This document shows, one piece after another, positions 8,731 to 17,500 of a stretch of 64,000 nucleotides of DNA. Below the pieces are notes generated by a model that saw only the letters and a list, made by a program, of their open reading frames with translations, was not told the DNA's origin and ran no database searches. Numbering within the stretch: position 1 is the stretch's first letter; every line of letters starts with the position of its first letter. The position numbers and the translations under genes are program-made. Origin of the DNA: a virus; the IMG/VR virus record IMGVR_UViG_3300042315_000201. The stretch is one strand, 5' to 3'.

Positions 8731-9498
8731 ATGAAGAATTATGAAGAACAATATAAAGAATTATTATGGGAATGTTTAACAAAAGGAACTCATAGATTAG
8801 ATCGTACTAAAGTAGGCTGTAGTTCTATTTTCAATGCATCTTTAAGTATAGATGTTTCAAAGTATTTCCCCATTATAACTGGTAGAAGAATGTCGCAAAA
8901 GATATTTGACACGGAGTTTGAATGGTTTATGTCTGGTCAAACAAATATTAAAATGTTTAAAGATGCTGGAATAAAGATATGGGATGCTTGGGCAGATGAG
9001 AATGGAGATCTTGGACCTGTGTATGGGCATCAAATGCGCAATTTTAACAACCAAAATATAGATCAAATGCAAAACGTAATAAAATCATTAAGGACTGATC
9101 CAGATAGCCGCAGACACATCATATCATTATGGAATCCAGCTCAGCAAGATCAGATGGCATTGCCTCCTTGTTATTTGTATTTCCAATTTTTTGTAGATAA
9201 AGGTAAACTTAATATGTTTGTTGTACAAAGATCAGGTGATCTATTTTTAGGTATACCTTATGACGTTGCTTTGTTTACTAGAATACTATTATATGTAGCT
9301 GACTATACAGGTTTAGATGCTAATGTTTTAGATATACAGATAGTAGATGCGCATATATACAATAATCAATTAGAAGCTGTTCATGAATATCTTAAACAAG
9401 ATAACTTTGAATTGCCTAAATATAAGTTAGATGGTAATCTACTAGAATTAATCGCATACAAACATGGACCAGTAATCACAGCGACAGTAGCTGTATAA
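8731..9498 (+). CDS. thyA: thymidylate synthase
   Basis: DRTKVG, IWDAWAD, LGPVYGHQMR, DSRRHI, MALPPC, QRSGDLFLGIPY and DAHIY motifs. Confidence 0.96.
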   Translation: MKNYEEQYKELLWECLTKGTHRLDRTKVGCSSIFNASLSIDVSKYFPIITGRRMSQKIFDTEFEWFMSGQTNIKMFKDAGIKIWDAWADENGDLGPVYGHQMRNFNNQNIDQMQNVIKSLRTDPDSRRHIISLWNPAQQDQMALPPCYLYFQFFVDKGKLNMFVVQRSGDLFLGIPYDVALFTRILLYVADYTGLDANVLDIQIVDAHIYNNQLEAVHEYLKQDNFELPKYKLDGNLLELIAYKHGPVITATVAV

Positions 9499-9507
9499 GT
9501 AAACAAA

Positions 9508-10347
9508 ATGACAAAAACAATTTATTTTTTGTATCACATTCCTGGTAAAAAAATAGGAGTGACACGTAATCTTAAAGATAGATTAACGATACAACAAGGG
9601 TATCAGACTGGAGAATACGAAGTTCTAGATTCAAGTGACGATATAGATTATATATCAGCGCGAGAGTTAGAACTTCAACTTATCTACGGTTATAAGATAG
9701 ACAGACAATCATATAAGAATTTAATCAATAAACAAAAAAATAAAATGGTATTAAATGTAACAGAACAAACAACAACGTTTCCTTGTCCAGTTAATAAACT
9801 AAAAGGTAACTTGTTTGACAACTTAGGAATACAATTTAAAACAGGCTTTGGTAGTTATACGTTAACTCCTGTTATTGCAGAATGGATTGTAAAGAATGCT
9901 AATGTATCTATGTTCAATCCAGGTAGAACTTATGTATACAATAAAGCATTAGAAGAATTTGCTAAAACGTTATTAGAACCAAAAGCAAAATCTAAAACAG
10001 AAGTTCCTAATGTATATGATTTGATCAGGCAATGGGCGGATGAAAGAGGCATCTATAGAAACGGCGATAATAAAACTCAGTTTATAAAGTTAATGGAAGA
10101 AGCTGGAGAATTAGGAAAAGCTATTCTTAAAAATGACAAAGAAGAATTCATCGATGCTATTGGAGATTGTATGGTTGTATTAACTAATCTTGCAGCATTA
10201 GAAGGATTAAAAGTTGAAGACTGTGTTGTATCAGCTTACAATGTAATTAAGGATCGTAAAGGCAAAATGGAGAACGGCACATTTGTTAAAGAGGGCCCTT
10301 GGTTAGTCCCAAGGTGCACTACTCAATTAAACGCAACAACATTATAA
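9508..10347 (+). CDS. GIY-YIG-like N-terminal domain fused to MazG-like NTP pyrophosphohydrolase
   Basis: N-terminal IYFLYH..KKIGVTRNLKDRL...RELE; C-terminal QWADERGI..KLMEEAGEL..DAIGDCMVVLTNLA. Confidence 0.75.
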   Translation: MTKTIYFLYHIPGKKIGVTRNLKDRLTIQQGYQTGEYEVLDSSDDIDYISARELELQLIYGYKIDRQSYKNLINKQKNKMVLNVTEQTTTFPCPVNKLKGNLFDNLGIQFKTGFGSYTLTPVIAEWIVKNANVSMFNPGRTYVYNKALEEFAKTLLEPKAKSKTEVPNVYDLIRQWADERGIYRNGDNKTQFIKLMEEAGELGKAILKNDKEEFIDAIGDCMVVLTNLAALEGLKVEDCVVSAYNVIKDRKGKMENGTFVKEGPWLVPRCTTQLNATTL

Positions 10348-10640
10348 TGAGAAAGAAAGAAATTGAATTTAGAGATCCAGTCGTTGAATCAGTTGTAGAT
10401 AAATTTATAAGTAGATCAGATGTTGGCTTTGCAAAGTACGGTAAAACATTACGAGATGATAAGTCAGATTTGTTTGCTTGGGCTAATCATTTACAAGAAG
10501 AGCTAATGGATGCTGTGCTATACATACAACGTTTAAAAGAAGAGTTAACTGATCTTGAACAAGAAGCAATGATTAAACGCGCTGAAGTTAATTATACAAC
10601 AGTCGACGCTAAAAAAGAAAAATACAGCGCTTACAATTAA
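10347..10640 (+). CDS. second all-alpha NTP-pyrophosphatase-like protein
   Basis: GFAKYGKTL..W..HLQEELMDAVLY; ATG 10347 overlaps the previous stop (TAATG). Confidence 0.6.
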   Translation: MRKKEIEFRDPVVESVVDKFISRSDVGFAKYGKTLRDDKSDLFAWANHLQEELMDAVLYIQRLKEELTDLEQEAMIKRAEVNYTTVDAKKEKYSAYN

Positions 10641-11086
10641 TGAAAAAGATTAGTAGAAAGAAAGGTCCTGTGGTAGCAAAAAAGGTAATGTATGACGGCA
10701 TTACCTTTGCTTCAGGTCTTGAAAAGTATATGTACAAAGTATTAAAAGAACACGATATAAAAGCGCAATATGAATCACACACTTTTGAACTTGTCCCTAG
10801 TTTTCAATTTCCGAACAAAAGCTTTGAGAGACAGTCCAATGGTAAAGGAGGCTTTGAGGACCGTGGCGACAAAAAAATACTTAACTTAAAATATACACCA
10901 GATTTCATTGGTAAAGATTTTATAATTGAAACAAAAGGCAGAGCCAACGAATCTTTCCCATTACGATGGAAGTTATTCAAGAAATGGATGCACGATAACG
11001 ATGACACAAGAACATTATATAAACCACAAAATCAACCAGAATGCGACAAGACAGTTCAGTTAATCCTGCAGAATCGAGAAGGCTAG
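10640..11086 (+). CDS. T7 endonuclease I-like Holliday junction resolvase
   Basis: FASGLE...YE...YTPDF...IIETKG..RWKLF pattern. Confidence 0.85.
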   Translation: MKKISRKKGPVVAKKVMYDGITFASGLEKYMYKVLKEHDIKAQYESHTFELVPSFQFPNKSFERQSNGKGGFEDRGDKKILNLKYTPDFIGKDFIIETKGRANESFPLRWKLFKKWMHDNDDTRTLYKPQNQPECDKTVQLILQNREG

Positions 11087-11226
11087 CATGGAAAAATTAC
11101 GCTGAAAGGCAATTTGATAAATGGGTTAAATGGTCTTTCAATGTTAATGGTAAAGTTAAATACAAGGATATATTAAAAATGCGAGAAAAATATAAAATAG
11201 ATGGCAAAAAACGAGGTTGGATCTAA
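11041..11226 (+). CDS. hypothetical protein
   Basis: 61 aa; overlaps both neighbours, start uncertain. Confidence 0.4.
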   Translation: MRQDSSVNPAESRRLAWKNYAERQFDKWVKWSFNVNGKVKYKDILKMREKYKIDGKKRGWI

Positions 11227-11332
11227 AAAGATCAGGAATATAAGCAGACCAGGGATTCATGCAAAAACAAAAAATAGTAATAATAAAACAAGTAAAAATT
11301 ATGTTAAAAGATATGCAGGACAAGGAAGATAA
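11201..11332 (+). CDS. 43-aa basic peptide ending YAGQGR (not in ORF track)
   Basis: MAKNEVGSKKIRNISRPGIHAKTKNSNNKTSKNYVKRYAGQGR*; resembles small phage proteins ending Y-x-GQG-R/K. Confidence 0.6.
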   Translation: MAKNEVGSKKIRNISRPGIHAKTKNSNNKTSKNYVKRYAGQGR

Positions 11333-11462
11333 ATATTGGAGTTTAACAGTTGGGTTTTACCCAGGAATTCTATTTGGAATAAGAACTTATGAAGAAGAAA
11401 CGTATTCAACGCATGTTTTATACTTGCCATTCATAGATATTGCTTTTGAAATAGAAAAATAA
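11313..11462 (+). CDS. small hypothetical protein
   Basis: MQDKEDKYWSLTVGFYPGILFGIRTYEE...; start could be 11259 or 11313. Confidence 0.5.
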   Translation: MQDKEDKYWSLTVGFYPGILFGIRTYEEETYSTHVLYLPFIDIAFEIEK

Positions 11463-11467
11463 AATAT

Positions 11468-12436
11468 ATGGGATTATTTGATAAGAGATTAGAATACAAA
11501 CCATTTGAATATCCCGACTACTACACGGAAGGTTGGCTCAAACAAGCACAAGCTTTTTGGTTGCATACTGAAATAAGTATGTCAGGAGATTTAAAAGATT
11601 GGAATGAACAATTAAATGAAAAAGAAAAGAACCTGGTAGGAAATATTCTACTGGGTTTTGCTCAAACAGAATGCGCAGTTTCAGATTATTGGACACAGAA
11701 AGTTGTTAGTTGGTTTCCTAAACACGAGATACAACAAATGGCTATGATGTTTGGATCACAAGAAACTATTCACGCTGTTGCTTATAGCTACTTAAATGAA
11801 ACACTTGGACTTGAAGATTACAAAGCTTTTTTACACGAACCCGCAACGGCTGAAAGGTTTAACAACTTGGTTGGATATGAAGGTAACTCTCACACTGGGA
11901 TTGCTAAGTCTCTTGCTGTGTTTAGCGCTTTTGCTGAAGGGGTTAGTCTTTATTCTGCATTTGCTGTATTGTATTCTTTTCAGATGAGGAATCTATTGAA
12001 AGGTATTGGGCAACAAATGAAGTGGAGTGTGCGTGACGAATCATTACACAGTAAGATGGGTTGTAAGCTATTCCGCGATATGTGCAGAGAAAACACGCAA
12101 TTATTACACTTATGTAAAAAAGATATAATAGATGCTGCTAATACAATGATAGAATTAGAAGTTGCTTATATTGATAAGATGTTTGAGATGGGTGATATTG
12201 AAGGTATTAAAGCGGTAGACTTAAAACACTTCATTAAGAAGCGTACAAACGAGAAGTTGATGGAGCTTGGTTATGTTGAACTAAAAGATCATTTTGCTTA
12301 CGACAAAGATGCTGCAGCAAATTTAGATTGGTTTTACCATTTAACTGGCGGGCATACGCACACAGATTTCTTTGCAATAAGATCTACGGATTATAGTAAA
12401 GCAGGCGAAGGGGAAGATTATGAAAATATATGGTAA
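11468..12436 (+). CDS. nrdB: ribonucleotide reductase class I beta subunit
   Basis: FWLHTEI, FAQTE, QETIHAVAYS, FAEGV.LYSAF, RDESLH and FF..R.TDY di-metal/tyrosyl motifs. Confidence 0.96.
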   Translation: MGLFDKRLEYKPFEYPDYYTEGWLKQAQAFWLHTEISMSGDLKDWNEQLNEKEKNLVGNILLGFAQTECAVSDYWTQKVVSWFPKHEIQQMAMMFGSQETIHAVAYSYLNETLGLEDYKAFLHEPATAERFNNLVGYEGNSHTGIAKSLAVFSAFAEGVSLYSAFAVLYSFQMRNLLKGIGQQMKWSVRDESLHSKMGCKLFRDMCRENTQLLHLCKKDIIDAANTMIELEVAYIDKMFEMGDIEGIKAVDLKHFIKKRTNEKLMELGYVELKDHFAYDKDAAANLDWFYHLTGGHTHTDFFAIRSTDYSKAGEGEDYENIW

Positions 12437-12451
12437 TTAAAAAATAATAAA

Positions 12452-12670
12452 ATGAAAGAACAATCATTAATAGAAATGAAAAACAAAGTTGAAGCTTTGT
12501 CAAGAGTAATGCAGCAAGTTATAAATGAATTAACAAACTTAAGAGACTTGTCAATTGGTACGTTAGAAGCTTTAAAAAACATGCCTGGATATAATGAAGC
12601 TATAGAAAAACTAAAAGCAGATGTGATTACTAAATCAGACGAAAAAAAGCTAGAACTTGATGTGGAATAA
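12452..12670 (+). CDS. coiled-coil hypothetical protein
   Basis: 72-aa ORF between nrdB and nrdA. Confidence 0.65.
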   Translation: MKEQSLIEMKNKVEALSRVMQQVINELTNLRDLSIGTLEALKNMPGYNEAIEKLKADVITKSDEKKLELDVE

Positions 12671-14378
12671 TGAATGGGTTAAAGGTATAGATTATCCAGC
12701 ATGGGGTGATACAGATGTATACAAGAAAACAATAACAGGAGGTTACTTAATATTTGATGAATCGCCCGCAGATGCTTATTTGCGGGTTGCTAAAACAGTA
12801 GCGAGGCGTTTATACAAGCCAGAACTAGCTGAAAAGTTTTTTGAATACATTTGGAATGGCTGGCTATGTTTAGCTTCTCCAGTGTTGTCTAATACAGGCA
12901 CAGATCGAGGATTGCCTATTAGTTGTTTTGGAATTGATGTTGCAGATAGTATTCAAGATATTGGTACTAAGAATTTAGAGATGATGCTACTCGCTAAGCA
13001 CGGCGGTGGAGTTGGTGTCGGTATTAATCAAATCAGACCCGCTGGCGCTAAAATAACAGGTAATGGAACATCAGACGGAGTCGTGCCATTTTGTAAAATC
13101 TATGATTCAACAATCCTTGCGACAAATCAAGGTTCTGTTAGAAGAGGAGCAGCATCAGTTAACATCAACATTGAACACCCTGATTTTGAAGAGTGGCTTG
13201 AAATCCGCGAACCCAAAGGAGATGTCAATAGACAATCGCTTAATTTACATCAATGCGCAGTTGTTGGTGATAAGTTTATGCGAAAGCTTGAACAAGGAGA
13301 TGCTAAAGCTAGAGATAGATGGAGTAAACTTCTTAGAAAACGAAAAGCGACTGGAGAGCCGTATATCATGTTTAAAGGAAATGTTAACAAGGCAAATCCG
13401 CAAGCATATAAAACCAACGGTTTAAAAGTTCACATGACTAATATATGTAGTGAAATAACATTACATACAGACGAGACGCACAGTTTTGTGTGTTGTTTAT
13501 CATCATTAAATTTAGCAAAATATGAAGAGTGGAAAGATACAAACCTCATTTATGACTCAATATGGTTTCTTGACGGAGTCATGGAGGAGTTTATACAAAG
13601 AGCAAAAGGATTACGTGGATTTGAAAATTCAGTACGTTCAGCAACTAAAGGAAGAGCACTTGGCCTCGGAGTGCTTGGCTGGCATACATACCTGCAAGAA
13701 AAAGGATTGCCGTTCGAAGGCCTGCTCGCGCAATACGAAACTAGAAAAATATTTAGTCAAATCAAAATTGAAAGCGAACGTGCCAGTCGCGTTCTTGCTG
13801 AGGTTTATGGTGAACCTTTATGGTGTGTTGGTACTGGTATGCGCAACACTCACTTGCGTGCCCTTGCTCCTACTGTTAGTAATAGCAAACTTTCTGGAAA
13901 TGTGTCAGCAGGGATTGAACCGTGGGCTGCAAACGTTTTCACTGAGCAAAGTGCTAAAGGAACTTTCATTAGGAAAAATCCAACGTTAGTTAAGTTATTA
14001 AAGAAACATAAATTAAATACAGATGAAATTTGGAATAAGATTTTGGCGGACGGAGGATCGGTACAGGGCATTGATGAACTTGAGAATATATTCTGTGCTC
14101 ACGAAGTTCCGGCTAAAGATGTTTTTAGAACGTTTAAAGAAATCAATCAACTAGAATTAGTTAATCAAGCAGGCTTGAGACAGCAGTATATTGACCAAGC
14201 AGTTAGTTTGAATTTAGCTTTTCCAAGTGAAGCAACCCCTAAGTGGCTTAATAAAGTGCACATGGATGCGTGGAAAAAAGGAGTTAAGACTTTATATTAT
14301 ATGAGGACTGAGTCTGTTTTACGTGGAGATATAGCGGCTAAAGCTATGGACGAAAGTTGTTTATCGTGCGATGGTTAA
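12660..14378 (+). CDS. nrdA: ribonucleotide reductase class I alpha subunit (short, no ATP cone)
   Basis: ASPVLSN, PISCF, GGGVG, RRGAA, TNICSEI, APTVSNS, KTLYY and C-terminal CLSCDG; uninterrupted. Confidence 0.96.
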   Translation: MWNNEWVKGIDYPAWGDTDVYKKTITGGYLIFDESPADAYLRVAKTVARRLYKPELAEKFFEYIWNGWLCLASPVLSNTGTDRGLPISCFGIDVADSIQDIGTKNLEMMLLAKHGGGVGVGINQIRPAGAKITGNGTSDGVVPFCKIYDSTILATNQGSVRRGAASVNINIEHPDFEEWLEIREPKGDVNRQSLNLHQCAVVGDKFMRKLEQGDAKARDRWSKLLRKRKATGEPYIMFKGNVNKANPQAYKTNGLKVHMTNICSEITLHTDETHSFVCCLSSLNLAKYEEWKDTNLIYDSIWFLDGVMEEFIQRAKGLRGFENSVRSATKGRALGLGVLGWHTYLQEKGLPFEGLLAQYETRKIFSQIKIESERASRVLAEVYGEPLWCVGTGMRNTHLRALAPTVSNSKLSGNVSAGIEPWAANVFTEQSAKGTFIRKNPTLVKLLKKHKLNTDEIWNKILADGGSVQGIDELENIFCAHEVPAKDVFRTFKEINQLELVNQAGLRQQYIDQAVSLNLAFPSEATPKWLNKVHMDAWKKGVKTLYYMRTESVLRGDIAAKAMDESCLSCDG

Positions 14379-14446
14379 TATTCGTTGGTAATGAACATTA
14401 CTGTTCATTGTCAATGAACGTTAAAATATAATGAACATAAATAAAA

Positions 14447-14476
14447 AAAGGGGATTCTCATTACGAGGTCCCCTTT
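14447..14476. terminator. bidirectional terminator at convergence of the two genome arms
   Basis: AAAGGGGA...TCCCCTTT stem flanked by A and T runs, between nrdA (+) and the giant gene (-). Confidence 0.8.
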
Positions 14477-14503
14477 CTTATTTTGGAACGTTAGGTATGG
14501 TGC

Positions 14504-17500
14504 CTATTTATAGATGTTCCTTTTCTTTTCTTTTTCTTCTTTTGCTAGTATCCTATTAATACGTTTAATTTCTGTTTCTTTTCTTAAAGCTTCTAAGTAA
14601 TTTTCAAATTCAGATTCAGATAAATTATTTATACTATCTCTTTTTATTTCCTTAAGTACTTCTTTTTGTTTACTAGTAAATAGTTTTGAAGCTTCTTTTT
14701 CTGCTAGATACTTATCTAATTGAGCTTTTGGTAATTTATTTATACTATCTTTTACAGCTAATCTTTCCGTTTTTTTCTTTAGAACATAAGCTTTAAAATC
14801 TTCAGGAGATAATTTGTTTAAGCTATCTCTGGTCATAGTCCTAGTTTCTTTCATCTTCTGTATGCCAACAGTCTTTCTTCCTAGTTTCGCATTAGCTTTT
14901 ATAATGTCGCTTTCTTCATTTTTAGCGCCAACAGCATACGGCTTATATCCTAAACCCATAGCAATACGTTGCCAAGATTTATTTCTAGAGTCTAGGGCTT
15001 CAGATACGTTATTAACTTTTGTTACAAGTCTATTTACAGGTAAGTTTGTACCGGCCTCAACAACTTGTCCTAACACTGAGTAGGAAGGGCTTAAATTTAA
15101 TTTACCATTTGCAGTAACACTCCACCCTCTTTCTTTTATTACATCTTTTTCAAATTCAGCGGTCCTCATTGCGCCAAAAGCTTTTTGAAATTTAGATCCA
15201 AGCGGAGGTGCGATGTTAGCTGCTTCTATTAATACTTTGCCGTAATCAGCTTTAAAACCTTTTTCTTTTTCTTCAAAATATTTTTTAGCAACATTCTTTA
15301 AAGTTGCAACAATAGCTCCGCCTAATCCAGATCCTCTTAATAAAGTATCAACCGTACCGTTGCCAATTTCAATCCACTTATCTTTTGCTGTCTTTTTCTT
15401 TTTGTCTTCTTCGTCATCATCATCATCAAACAGCACGGTAAACAAAGCACTTTGTAAACCGCCAAATATAATATTTTGAACGGCCGTGTAGTACACAATT
15501 TTAGATATGTGGGTTTTTGCATCGCCTCTCCCGTTGATAAGATCTAATGCTGACTTCTTAATTAAACGAGCCTGTTGCATAGGTGTATTCTGGAATGCTA
15601 AAACTAACCTACCTGCAGTGCTTGCTTGTTGTTGCGATATATCCCGCGGATCACCGGATTGCTGTGTCTCGTCGGTTACTTTAGAAAAATCTTTCCAAGC
15701 TTGAGCCCCTGCTTCATCTAACTCCATTCCTTGTTTAAGGTATGCGTTAACTTTATTCCTATAAAAACTAGCCCCACCTATTCCTATTGCAAAACTATCC
15801 GCTATTTGAGTAGGCATAAATCCTTTTTTCAATAAGTAAGATATTACTGCCGATGCTTTATTTTTACTACCCTCCGCGGCATTAGCTATTTCAGCTGAAG
15901 TAACATCCTCTTTCAACCCAGATCTTCTTTCTTTAATCTTATCTGAATTAAATATCATGGCGAAATCTTTCCAATATTGCGGTTGATTAGCAAAAGCTAA
16001 AGCAGCATTCAATGGGTTATTTTCTCTCCAGTTTAAGTAGTTAATTGATCCAACAGTTTGTAATAAAGCTGATTTTGTATTAAAGAACATTATCGCTGCG
16101 GTTGAATTATTAATCCAATTTAACCATGCTGCATTTAATCTGTTAGTACCTGACTCCCTATTTGTTCCATTAGTCATTCTATAAATAGAATCTTCTAAAG
16201 CTTCTCTAAAGTTAGATCCATATATTACTTCAATTCTATTTAGATTCTCAGGTGTAAATATTTCTTTTGAGTTATCTATAAATTCAGCTAAGTATTTTTT
16301 TCTACCTAATTTTTCTGTTATGTTATGCAAATCAGAAATTATAGTTTCAGCATCCCAGTATTCTGTAGGTTCTATCCATCCGGTGCCTTGACGGCCGGTA
16401 GCTATTAGCCCAGCTTTGTAGGCGGATAAAGACGCATCGTTATTTACAAAGTTAACCATTGCTGTAATATCAGATTTATCTAATCCTGGAATCTCAACAC
16501 CCATAGAGTTCCACATAGAAACCCTTATAGCTTGGTCGTAAGTAAAATTACCGTCAGGTGTTAGTTTGCCTAAATTTTTATTAACGTCTGGGAAGGCTTT
16601 CTTTAAAGCGGTATAATCATTCTTAATTGACTGTTTAGCCGCGTCTATTAAAGCGATACCATTTGAATATGGTTCTAACAATGCTTTAGTGAAAAACTTA
16701 TATTGTCTTTCACCAATCTTGCCTCTGCCCAAAAAGTCATACAAAAGCAATTCAAAGTCAGCTGCGGATGGCGGAACAAAGAATCTATATTTACCAATAG
16801 CAGTGCCTTTTCTTTTAGCTAATATATCAGAGAAATTTTCATTAGGATCTAACCCTACGTTCTCTTGCAATATATCATTAAACCTAGAGTTTAAACTCTT
16901 ACTAAATTTAAGTCTAGCTTGTTGTATTTTTGATTTAACATCTAATACATCTAGAGCGTCTTTAACTGCTTTAACGTTTTGTATTGCATCATCGGAGAAA
17001 TAGAAATCATTATATCCTTCTGTAGCTTTACCGGTCATCCAGTTAGCTTTTGCTTGAGCTGTACTATTGCCTAATCCTGTTATATTTTCTAATGGTATAT
17101 CAATACCAATTGATGATAGGAATTCGTGTATTGGTCCTGCCGCGTTTGCTGGTCTAGCCGTAAGAATAAAGAAGTTGTCAGGTCCAAATTTACCAATCAT
17201 CTTTTTCATCTTCTCAACCATAGGTCCTGGTTTACCGCCTACTACTTTGCTAAATTCTGAAAAATCAAATTCTGCTCCATTTTCTAATAATATAGAGCCG
17301 TCTTTAGCAAATTCTTCAGCGTTTAATTTTCCTTTAGAACCATCAGGCATTGTGTATAGCACACTACCTTTAGTTAATCCAACAGTATCATCAAAATCAA
17401 AAACAGATATTCCTTTTGCTGTTTTAGATAATTTTGAAGAAGTTGATACGGCATTAATATTTATATTATTCTGGGTAGCTTTTTCCCAATATTCAGAAGT

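Noticed and set aside
11468-14378. Introns or inteins in nrdA, nrdB or terL
   Set aside because: All catalytic motifs lie in single uninterrupted ORFs of ordinary length.
17380-17410. Virion RNA polymerase catalytic motif (DFDxD-like) in the giant protein
   Set aside because: FDFDDT is followed by HAD motifs II-IV at the right spacing; no double-psi beta-barrel RNAP context was recognised.
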